A stretch of DNA of 43,926 bases, taken from a virus. Position numbers and translations under genes: made by a program. The stretch lies in the UHGV virus genome UHGV-0164981, one strand, 5' to 3'. Position 1 is the stretch's first letter; every line of letters begins with the position of its first letter. This document shows, in pieces, positions 9,449 through 16,562 of the stretch. The notes beneath the pieces were generated by a model. That model was not told where the DNA came from, ran no database searches, and saw only the letters and a program-made list of their open reading frames with translations.

Positions 9449-9480
9449 TGAATAGTATCCTATTATATTGGGGTGTGCAA
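9449..9480 (-). promoter_or_regulatory. class A promoter (TTGCAC-17 nt-TACTATTCA) reading leftwards
   Basis: Reverse complement reads TCTTGCAC accccaatataatagga TACTATTCACTTA, nearly identical to the element at 31631-31670. Confidence 0.55.
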
Positions 9481-9724
9481 GAGAATAGTTACGTTGCCGT
9501 TGTGATTCTTTCGTTTCTTTAAAGAGTACGCAACGCAGTGGGTGGGCGATAGCCCACCCCAGCGGAGTGAAGTACTCTCTACCTTGCTTACGGCAACTAA
9601 AGAAACTTTTAATTATCAAGTACTTATGAATGGAGGTAAAATTTAAATAGACGGGGTCTTTCTTGTCACTTGCTGTTACTTTTAGGAAACTTAGATACTA
9701 ACGTTACCAAGAGTACTGTTTAGC

Positions 9725-9744
9725 GCCCCGCTTTAGGGCGGGGC
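9725..9744. terminator. hairpin GCCCCGC-TTTAGG-GCGGGGC in a 400-nt non-coding divergent region
   Basis: Read from sequence; the same stem recurs at 40836-40855. Confidence 0.4.
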
Positions 9745-9901
9745 TTTAAGTACCCGAGACTTAAGAATAATGTTTCTAAGTAATTCTGAACTAAGGCCCT
9801 TCGATACGTTGATTTTACAGCTACATTTTATTTTGTCAATAGGTTGTGTTTAGTTATTATAGGTGTTATAGTTGTTTAACTTGATAAAGAGGGCGTGTAA
9901 A

Positions 9902-10081
9902 ATGACACAGAAAGAAGTAGCAGACTTAATCGGAGTTTCCACTATGACTCTTAATCGCTGGCTTCGGTCCGGTAAGTTCCCGGAGTGTTGCCGTGTTATT
10001 AACGGCTACCGGCAGCCAGGTACGTTTGACCGCGCTACCGTGGAGGCGTGGATTAAGGAGAACGTGAAAGATGCTAACTAA
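9902..10081 (+). CDS. AlpA/Xis-like HTH DNA-binding protein
   Basis: MTQKEVADLIGVSTMTLNRWLRSGKFPE is a typical AlpA/excisionase-type HTH; ATG at 9902 with AAGAGGG RBS; first gene of the rightward module. Confidence 0.55.
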   Translation: MTQKEVADLIGVSTMTLNRWLRSGKFPECCRVINGYRQPGTFDRATVEAWIKENVKDAN

Positions 10082-10346
10082 ATTCCAGAAACACATATTA
10101 ATGTGTGCGCGCAGACTTACCGAGGCGAACGGTGCTTTTACGGTAGATGGGCTTCGTAGATACCGGTTAGATAATTACGGTGTAAATCCGATTAAACATG
10201 CTTTAAATGTTCTTGAGCAACACGGAGAGGTTCTTAATAAAGGAAAGTTTTATCGGGCAACAAGAGCAACGCCGATTACAGAGAAAGCGAGAAGTATTGG
10301 AAAAGTGTTGGTCCCCGAGGGTAATATCTCCCGCGACCTGGAATAA
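10071..10346 (+). CDS. hypothetical protein
   Basis: 91-aa ORF overlapping the upstream stop. Confidence 0.4.
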   Translation: MLTKFQKHILMCARRLTEANGAFTVDGLRRYRLDNYGVNPIKHALNVLEQHGEVLNKGKFYRATRATPITEKARSIGKVLVPEGNISRDLE

Positions 10347-10404
10347 AAGAAAGCCCCGACGCGGTGAACGCCGAGGCCAAATTACTTACTGAAGGAAATA
10401 CAAC

Positions 10405-12672
10405 ATGTCCGATGTAATTTTATCCTACTCGTGGTCTCGTCGCAACGCGCGGGCAGAGAAAAAGGATATAAACGTCAGAACCACACACACGGCAACACTG
10501 GACGACCTGAAAGAGTTAATCCAGCCGCTTGATGCTGTCCGTGACGGAATTAACCCGAAGACAGCGCCCGGTTATATCACCGCCGCGTGCGACTCAACGC
10601 ACAGCACCGTAAAAGACCCGGAAACCGGTGACTTTAAGCGAGCGCGTAAAGGCTTCTTCTATCGCTGTGACGCGTCTGTAAGCAAATCATCGCTGGCGTA
10701 TCTGGACTTTGACAGCGCAACGCCGGAAGAGTATCAGGAAGCGGTGCGCCTGGTTAAGCGTAGCCGCCAGGCTATGTGTCTCTACACCACGGCATCCCAT
10801 ACCGATGAGTCACCGCGCTTTCGCGTCGTCATGCCGCTGGGCCGCCCGGTCGAAGGGGGCGACATCATCCGCATACGTCATGGATTGCTGGAGCACTTCT
10901 TCAAAGGCATGGGCGCTGACCGTAGCGGGTTCACTTTGTCTCAGCCCATGTACCTTCCTCCGGTAGGCTCTCAGGTTATCTGGTCGCGCCGTAACGACCT
11001 TATTGACCCGGAAGAGTTACTGGAAGGCATCCCCGCCGTTGACGTTAGCAGCGCATCTGACTACCAGATACCGGAAGAACTGCGCACTGCATTTACTGAT
11101 GCGTTCGAGGCACTGGCGTTCGAATACGGCGGCATCATGACGCCGCGTGGCCTTAAGATGCCCGCCACACCGGAACACGCAGAAAACTACAGCGACCCGA
11201 CCCCGCGCCCGGACGACTTCCTGCTGTGCTTCCCGCGCGAGGGATATGAAGCGCCGAACGTAACGATGATTCACGACACCGACATCACGGCAACCGAAGG
11301 CATGTCGCCGAAAGAGGTGTGGAAGTATGCGTGTGATGCGACCGGACTGCCGTTCAGTGAAGTCGCAGAGGCCATCGGATGGGGCGCGCGTGAAGCCGTC
11401 TCATGCAGCCTGGATGACCTTGAAGACGACGAGGACTCAGAGGAGGACGAGTTACCGGAACCGGTAAAGGCTGATTTCGTCGTTGAGGGGTACATGCCGT
11501 CGGATTGTATCTGGGATATTGTTGGGGAGTCTGGCACGTATAAATCATTCTATACGCTGGGGATGATGTACCTGAGCGCCGCCGGATACCGGTTTGCCGG
11601 GGCAGATACCCAGCGTTGCCACCATTTCTATATCGACGGTGAGGGCGGTGCCACTACACGCACCCGTATTGATGCACTCGCGGCTAAATATGGCGAGGAA
11701 GGTAAAGATTATGTACATGTTATCGATATGGGTGAAGTCGGAAAACTGAAAAGCCTGATTAAGTTAATGCGCGAAACTGCGGGTGATGAACCCATCGGCA
11801 TGGTCGCGTTCGACACCCTTAACCAGACGCTGGCCCTGACGATTGATAAGTTCGACGAGAACAGTTCATCAACGGCAATCGGCATGGGTAAAGTTATCGC
11901 CATCCTGAAAGAAGTACGCGACGCAACTAAAGCCGCGGCAGGCGTTGTACACCATACGCCGAAGGGTGGAAAGAAAGCCCGTGGCAGTGGAGCATTGTAT
12001 GCTGGTGTCGACGTGGAACTGACAATCGAACGTGCTACCGACCGTCAGATAAACGTATACCACTCTAAATTTAAGCACGGGCCTCAACAGAAGACGGTTG
12101 GCATGGTACTGGAGTCGGTACAGTTTCGTGAAGCACCGCCGCCGAAAGAGTACCGCGCGGTTGAGTTCCTCGGTAGCACAGAGGAATACGGCACAATAGT
12201 AAACCTCGACCTGCCTGAGCCGCACAAGGCGCTTGTGCTGATGCCGTGGGGCTTCGAGCCGTTCAAGACTGATGAGGAGAAAGAGCGGGAAGAAGGGTTA
12301 ACTAACGAAGGTAAACAAAATGTACGTAAAACCGTAGAGAACGCCGTCAACAGTTCCGAGTCCACTATACTCGCGGCGTTTGAACTGGCGGAGGGGACCT
12401 ACAACGGCAACGAAGGTATCACGGTATCCGCGGCGAATAAGCTCGCACAGTCTGACCCCAACGCAAAGGCGTTTAACTCCAAAGAAGCCATAGAACGCGG
12501 GAAGATTAAGAAAATGGTTGAGGCTGGGTATCTTGTTCCGGGTACTGACGAAAACAATCAGATAATCCCAGGCCGTTACAGACTTAACACCCGGATAACG
12601 GATAACAAGATTCCGAAGACAATATACGAACCCAATGAGATGCTGACAGTGACAGAGGAGGATTTGGAATGA
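10405..12672 (+). CDS. putative primase-helicase fusion (primase-polymerase-like N-terminus, P-loop helicase C-terminus)
   Basis: 755 aa. N-terminal half has LAYLDFD and SHTDESPRFRVVMPL elements suggestive of archaeo-eukaryotic-type primase motifs; C-terminal half has Walker A GESGTYKS and a RecA-like ATPase pattern. Acidic linker (DDLEDDEDSEEDE) between halves. Confidence 0.65.
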   Translation: MSDVILSYSWSRRNARAEKKDINVRTTHTATLDDLKELIQPLDAVRDGINPKTAPGYITAACDSTHSTVKDPETGDFKRARKGFFYRCDASVSKSSLAYLDFDSATPEEYQEAVRLVKRSRQAMCLYTTASHTDESPRFRVVMPLGRPVEGGDIIRIRHGLLEHFFKGMGADRSGFTLSQPMYLPPVGSQVIWSRRNDLIDPEELLEGIPAVDVSSASDYQIPEELRTAFTDAFEALAFEYGGIMTPRGLKMPATPEHAENYSDPTPRPDDFLLCFPREGYEAPNVTMIHDTDITATEGMSPKEVWKYACDATGLPFSEVAEAIGWGAREAVSCSLDDLEDDEDSEEDELPEPVKADFVVEGYMPSDCIWDIVGESGTYKSFYTLGMMYLSAAGYRFAGADTQRCHHFYIDGEGGATTRTRIDALAAKYGEEGKDYVHVIDMGEVGKLKSLIKLMRETAGDEPIGMVAFDTLNQTLALTIDKFDENSSSTAIGMGKVIAILKEVRDATKAAAGVVHHTPKGGKKARGSGALYAGVDVELTIERATDRQINVYHSKFKHGPQQKTVGMVLESVQFREAPPPKEYRAVEFLGSTEEYGTIVNLDLPEPHKALVLMPWGFEPFKTDEEKEREEGLTNEGKQNVRKTVENAVNSSESTILAAFELAEGTYNGNEGITVSAANKLAQSDPNAKAFNSKEAIERGKIKKMVEAGYLVPGTDENNQIIPGRYRLNTRITDNKIPKTIYEPNEMLTVTEEDLE

Positions 12673-12866
12673 GCGGTAAATTTAAAGAAGTAAGCGACGA
12701 ACTGAAAGGCAATAAATACACCAACCACAGAGGCGAAGTAGTTGAAGTTCTTAACGTAGTTCCTTATGGGCGCGGGTATCATGTTGTGTACAGTTACACA
12801 GAGGCTTACAGCGTGTACTGCGGGTTAGGTAAGTTTCGCAAAAGATACCCGATAAAGGTGCAATAA
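12669..12866 (+). CDS. hypothetical protein
   Basis: 65-aa ORF translationally coupled to the upstream gene (GAGGAGG RBS inside the upstream stop region). Confidence 0.45.
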   Translation: MSGKFKEVSDELKGNKYTNHRGEVVEVLNVVPYGRGYHVVYSYTEAYSVYCGLGKFRKRYPIKVQ

Positions 12867-12870
12867 AAAG

Positions 12871-12892
12871 AAAGGGGCATTAAGCCCCTTCA
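12871..12892. terminator. bidirectional hairpin GGGGC-ATTAA-GCCCC between convergent genes
   Basis: Inverted repeat flanked by A-run and T-rich sequence, between the 12669-12866 (+) and 12880-13095 (-) genes. Confidence 0.5.
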
Positions 12893-13095
12893 CCTAACGC
12901 CAGCCACTTGGCGTCTACTTCCAGCACTTCCGCCAGTTTAAACAGCGTTGCCGGGCGGACGTCCTGAGTTACACCGAGAGCCAGCTGGTTAATCGCACCC
13001 TGGGAAACGCCAGTCAGGACAGCCAGCCGGCGCTGGGAGATGCCGAGTTCTTTACGGCGTTGCTCTACACGGATTCCTAGTTCAGATGGTTGCAT
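12880..13095 (-). CDS. XRE-family (Cro/CI-type) HTH transcriptional regulator
   Basis: 71 aa; LGISQRRLAVLTGVSQGAINQLALG is a classical Cro/CI HTH; the only minus-strand gene inside the plus-strand replication module, with its own upstream promoter and AAGGAG RBS. Confidence 0.7.
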   Translation of the reverse strand: MQPSELGIRVEQRRKELGISQRRLAVLTGVSQGAINQLALGVTQDVRPATLFKLAEVLEVDAKWLALGEGA

Positions 13096-13126
13096 GTCAA
13101 TTACTCCTTAGTCAGTTGATATGTGA

Positions 13127-13155
13127 ATAGTACCATATTAATTATTTTAGAAAAG
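13127..13155 (-). promoter_or_regulatory. class A-like promoter (TACTATTCA -10 region) for the XRE regulator gene
   Basis: Reverse complement reads ...TTAATATGG TACTATTCA CATATC followed by AAGGAG and ATG; -35 is weak. Confidence 0.45.
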
Positions 13156-13159
13156 CCCA

Positions 13160-13188
13160 TTGACATGTGAATAGTTCGCTATTATAGT
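13160..13188 (+). promoter_or_regulatory. class B promoter (TTGACA-17 nt-TATAGT) with GAATAG-N4-CTATT inverted repeat in the spacer
   Basis: TTGACA tgtgaatagttcgctat TATAGT; divergent from the XRE gene promoter. Confidence 0.6.
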
Positions 13189-13218
13189 TAGCCCATACCA
13201 AACGAGAGGAGAGACAAA

Positions 13219-13380
13219 ATGAAGTTCAGAGTAGACATGCAACCAACAGAAGAAATGTTAAAAGCCGGCATAGACCAACTGATATACTACATCCCTGGCA
13301 TCGAGGATGAAGTCGATGAAGAGCAACTATCAGACGCCGTTTATTTTATCTGGCAAGCAATGATTCAAGCGTCAAAATAA
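13219..13380 (+). CDS. small hypothetical acidic protein
   Basis: 53-aa ORF (not in track) with GAGAGGAGAG RBS 6 nt upstream of ATG; coordinates approximate. Confidence 0.35.
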   Translation: MKFRVDMQPTEEMLKAGIDQLIYYIPGIEDEVDEEQLSDAVYFIWQAMIQASK

Positions 13381-13395
13381 ACAGGAGAACAAATA

Positions 13396-13917
13396 ATGTT
13401 AGAGAAATTCTTAGTATTACTGGAACGTTTCGTAGTTGCACATGAACTGATTGCTGCGAACAGTGTGAAACAACCGACTAATAAATCTGTAGGTGAATTG
13501 ACTGTTGACGTCGCGGTAACTGGGGTGGAGACAGTTAAAAAAGAACTGGCTAAAGCACTTGAAGAAGTCGAGAAGGCGAAAGAACTCCCAGTCGAAGGTG
13601 AAGACCTCGTTGACACTAAACCGGCGGAAGAAGAGAAGCCGAAACGCAAGCCGCGTAAAGCTAAAGTAGAGGAGCAGACGCCAGAACCGGAAGAAGAGAA
13701 GGAAGAAGTCAATTATCAGTCTCTGCGCGACCAGATTCAGGCTATCGACGATGCGATTAACGAAGGTCCGAGTGACACCGCGTGTGATGATTCCGATGAA
13801 CTGCTGGAAGAGTTCACTGGTAAGAAGATGAAGATTGCTGCTATTAAAGACGAAGACCTCGCCGAGTACCTGGAACGCCTGACAGCAATCAAGAACAAGT
13901 ATTTCGAAGAAGAATAA
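13396..13917 (+). CDS. highly acidic, low-complexity protein of unknown function
   Basis: 173 aa with long E/K/P-rich central region (PAEEEKPKRKPRKAKVEEQTPEPEEEKEEV) and acidic C-terminus; AGGAGA RBS. Confidence 0.5.
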   Translation: MLEKFLVLLERFVVAHELIAANSVKQPTNKSVGELTVDVAVTGVETVKKELAKALEEVEKAKELPVEGEDLVDTKPAEEEKPKRKPRKAKVEEQTPEPEEEKEEVNYQSLRDQIQAIDDAINEGPSDTACDDSDELLEEFTGKKMKIAAIKDEDLAEYLERLTAIKNKYFEEE

Positions 13918-13923
13918 TCATCT

Positions 13924-13945
13924 GGCGGCCTTCGGGCCGCTTTAA
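13924..13945 (+). terminator. hairpin GGCGGCC-TTCG-GGCCGCTTT
   Basis: Directly after the stop of the acidic protein gene. Confidence 0.45.
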
Positions 13946-13960
13946 CTGAGGGTCGGAATT

Positions 13961-14239
13961 ATGATTTACCAACTCTACCGCGCCTTTGACAGGCGGGATA
14001 ACACGGAGGCGTTGTGGTTATTGCGTGCGCCGTCCGGTGCACACCAGATGGAAGAGATGGCGTACTTAGGAAAAGTGCCACGGCCTAAAGATATAGGCCG
14101 CCACGTGTCGCAGATTAAGCGCACGACTTTCGCCAAACCTGACTTTTACGTCTTCGAGTCGATGTATGGCTGGGCCATGCATTGCGACCATAAGACAAGA
14201 CATTTAATTGACCAGTGGGAGAACAGGGTATGTTTGTAA
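13961..14239 (+). CDS. hypothetical protein
   Basis: 92-aa ORF after the terminator-like hairpin. Confidence 0.45.
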   Translation: MIYQLYRAFDRRDNTEALWLLRAPSGAHQMEEMAYLGKVPRPKDIGRHVSQIKRTTFAKPDFYVFESMYGWAMHCDHKTRHLIDQWENRVCL

Positions 14240-14366
14240 TTATGTATTCAATCGGTGAGGAAGAGTACGAACACAGTAGATACCTTACATCCGCAGAGGC
14301 TGAGAATATAATACACGAACTTGACGCTGACAGTTTTGACTACGCATGGATTGAGGAGATTACGGA

Positions 14367-15608
14367 ATGATTCTTAAAGAACGTGGTGGCAATAACGATG
14401 TGCACGCAATACTGTCGCCGTCTGGCGCTAAAAAGTGGTTAAGTTGCGCGGCATCACTGGCATGTGAAAAAGATATTCCTAACACGTCCGGTAAAGACGC
14501 CGTATTAGGCACGGCTATGCACACGATAGCGGAGATGCACCTTAACCAGTACATCAAAGGCACTGCGCTGCCGTTAGAGCGTGAAGTCGGCGCTTACGTG
14601 ATGGATGAGGGTAAAGGTCAGATTAAGGCGCTAATCAGTCCGATGAAAGGCGCGGTGCTTATTACGGCGGACATGATTGAGCAGGTGCGCAAGTACACCG
14701 ACTACTGCAAAGCGATTATCGATGTAGCTACTTACGCCAAACTCGAGATGCGCGTCAATCTTACTGAGGTATTGCACCCCGGTTACGAAGGCGTTGAGAC
14801 ATTCGGAACCGCTGACCTTGTTGCCGTCCAGGAACTGGCGAACATCGACGAGCACATGCTTATCATCGGCGACCTGAAAACTGGACGGCATCGTGTCGAA
14901 GCGAAAGAAAACAAGCAGCTTATGCTATACGCTCTCGGTGTTTATCGCCGACTAAAGAGACGTTATAACATCACAGTTGTTCGTCTGGTCATCTTCCAGC
15001 CGTACGCGGGTGGCGCGTCGGAGTGGGACATCTCGGTCGAAGGTCTGGAACTGTTCGCCAAGTTCGCACAGAAACGCGCACTGTTGGCTCTTGATGCATA
15101 TTTCCGCGGTAAGAAGAACCTGAAAGCGTCTGACTTCAAGCCGTCGGTCGATGGTTGTCAGTGGTGTCGGTTCTCTGAACAATGCGCCGCGCGTACAAAG
15201 ACGGTCAATTCTGTACTGGCGGAAGAACTGGAAGACGACTTTGCACTGGAACTGACGCCAGAGCAACTCGTAGCTGAGTATGAGAAGCTGCCGTTGTTGC
15301 GCCAGCACATCGACAAGGTTGAGAAAGCTATGGTCGCCGCGTTGCATTCTGGTAAGAAAGTGCCGGGGTACAAATTGGTTGAGGGTCGTCCAGGTAATCG
15401 TGCGTGGAAAGATGCCGATGCGGTATTCGAGAAGTACGGTACTATGCTGCAAAAGGTAGTTCTGATGACACCAACCGAAGCGGTTAAAGTAATACCAGAA
15501 GAAGAACTGAAAGACTTCATTACCCGTAAGCCAGGAGCGCCATGCGTCGCAACGGCGGATGACAAGCGTCCTGAGTGGAATCAGGTAACAGAGGAGGATT
15601 TGGAATGA
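14367..15608 (+). CDS. PD-(D/E)xK-family nuclease (Cas4/RecB-like, DUF2800-type) with C-terminal Cys cluster
   Basis: 413 aa; N-terminal ILSPSGAKKWLSC, central DLVAV...IIGDLKTG...EAKENKQLMLYALG resembling a D..(D/E)xK core, and CQWCRFSEQC resembling a Cas4-type Fe-S cysteine cluster. Confidence 0.55.
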   Translation: MILKERGGNNDVHAILSPSGAKKWLSCAASLACEKDIPNTSGKDAVLGTAMHTIAEMHLNQYIKGTALPLEREVGAYVMDEGKGQIKALISPMKGAVLITADMIEQVRKYTDYCKAIIDVATYAKLEMRVNLTEVLHPGYEGVETFGTADLVAVQELANIDEHMLIIGDLKTGRHRVEAKENKQLMLYALGVYRRLKRRYNITVVRLVIFQPYAGGASEWDISVEGLELFAKFAQKRALLALDAYFRGKKNLKASDFKPSVDGCQWCRFSEQCAARTKTVNSVLAEELEDDFALELTPEQLVAEYEKLPLLRQHIDKVEKAMVAALHSGKKVPGYKLVEGRPGNRAWKDADAVFEKYGTMLQKVVLMTPTEAVKVIPEEELKDFITRKPGAPCVATADDKRPEWNQVTEEDLE

Positions 15609-15778
15609 TGGTTTATATTCTCACGCGGTATCACCGCCGATACTCTATTCAAGAACTTGATATTGTTTCTGTCCACGCTAAACGCGCCGACGCCGACAAA
15701 ATTGCAGAAGAGAAGAACTCGAAGCATGAGGCGGTGCAGCCATATATTTATAAGGTGGTTCCGAAGAAACTTAAATAA
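15605..15778 (+). CDS. hypothetical protein
   Basis: ATG at about 15605 overlaps the nuclease stop (ATGA), GAGGAGG RBS; track ORF begins at 15575. Confidence 0.4.
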   Translation: MMVYILTRYHRRYSIQELDIVSVHAKRADADKIAEEKNSKHEAVQPYIYKVVPKKLK

Positions 15779-15782
15779 AGTG

Positions 15783-15811
15783 TTGACACCTGAATAGCAA
15801 GCTATTATAGT
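15783..15811 (+). promoter_or_regulatory. class B promoter (TTGACA-17 nt-TATAGT) with GAATAG-N4-CTATT inverted repeat
   Basis: TTGACA cctgaatagcaagctat TATAGT upstream of the SSB-like gene. Confidence 0.6.
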
Positions 15812-15870
15812 TCTAATCACTGGCCGGGCAGCTTCCCGGAGTAAACGAAACTGAAAAGCGAGAAATCACG

Positions 15871-16503
15871 ATGGGTATTAAACTGAATCTGCGTAAAGTA
15901 AACACTGCTTGGGTTAACGTATTCGAACGCGAAAAAGACCGTGAAAACGATGATGGCTCAATCACTAAAGGCCAGTACAGCGCGACTATCATCCTTCCGT
16001 CTGACCATGCTCAAATCGACGCGCTCTACGACACCGTTTACGCTGTAGTTGAAGAAGCGTTAGGTGCAGCCGCCGCCGAGAAGTGGATGAAGTCCAACTA
16101 CGGCGAAGGTAAGCACATGGATAAATGTGCGATTAAAGATATCGCTGAGCGCGACAATCCGTTTGAAGACTTCCCGGAAGGCTTCTACTTCAAAGCGAAG
16201 GCACAAAAACAGCCGCTGATTGTAACCTCTAAAAAAGGTGAGACTCAGGTAGAGCAGGACTTCAACGTAGACGGCGAACAGATTGAAGGTGAACAGGTTT
16301 ACAGCGGCTGCGTAGCTAACGTAAGCGTTGAAATCTGGTTCAGCCAGAAATACAAAGTTCTCGGTGTTAACCTGCTGGCGATTAAATACGTCGGCGAAGG
16401 TAAGGCGTTCGGTGGTTCTAAAGTCGCCGCAAGCGTCGACGACCTGGAAGACGACCTTGAGGATGATGGGCCAGCACCACGCCGCGAACGTCGTCGCCGC
16501 TAA
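15871..16503 (+). CDS. putative single-stranded DNA-binding protein (DUF2815-like)
   Basis: 210 aa with acidic C-terminal tail (DDLEDDLEDDG) as in SSBs; sits between the nuclease and the DNA polymerase, an arrangement seen in phage replication modules. Family assignment is from memory. Confidence 0.5.
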   Translation: MGIKLNLRKVNTAWVNVFEREKDRENDDGSITKGQYSATIILPSDHAQIDALYDTVYAVVEEALGAAAAEKWMKSNYGEGKHMDKCAIKDIAERDNPFEDFPEGFYFKAKAQKQPLIVTSKKGETQVEQDFNVDGEQIEGEQVYSGCVANVSVEIWFSQKYKVLGVNLLAIKYVGEGKAFGGSKVAASVDDLEDDLEDDGPAPRRERRRR

Positions 16504-16524
16504 TATCTGAATAAATTTAACTAA

Positions 16525-16550
16525 GGCCCTTCATTGGGCCTTTTTACTAA
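16525..16550 (+). terminator. hairpin AAGGCCC-TTCATT-GGGCCTTTTT
   Basis: Directly after the SSB-like gene stop; followed by a T-run. Confidence 0.55.
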
Positions 16551-16562
16551 GGGTCGAAAATA

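Noticed and set aside
9410-9619. 69-aa minus-strand ORF over the 9449-9480 promoter
   Set aside because: It overlaps the class A promoter and the upstream hairpin; no RBS; more likely a non-coding regulatory region.
8300-9900. Possible tRNA or CRISPR array in the repeat-containing intergenic regions
   Set aside because: No cloverleaf-compatible acceptor/T-arm pairing was found by eye. The recurring GAATAG/CTATT elements are promoter-associated inverted repeats at irregular spacing, not regularly spaced direct repeats with spacers.
10207-10392. 61-aa ORF overlapping the 10071-10346 gene in another frame
   Set aside because: It lies entirely within the end of a better-supported ORF and the start of the primase leader; no RBS.
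12880-13095. Lysogeny module (repressor plus integrase) implying a temperate phage
   Set aside because: An XRE-type HTH gene is present, but no integrase, recombinase or partition gene was found anywhere in the window. An XRE regulator alone is common in virulent phages as a timing switch.
13365-13712. 115-aa Ser-rich minus-strand ORF inside the acidic protein gene
   Set aside because: It is the antisense frame of a GA-rich (Glu/Lys) coding sequence, has no upstream signals, and its strand conflicts with the surrounding plus-strand operon.
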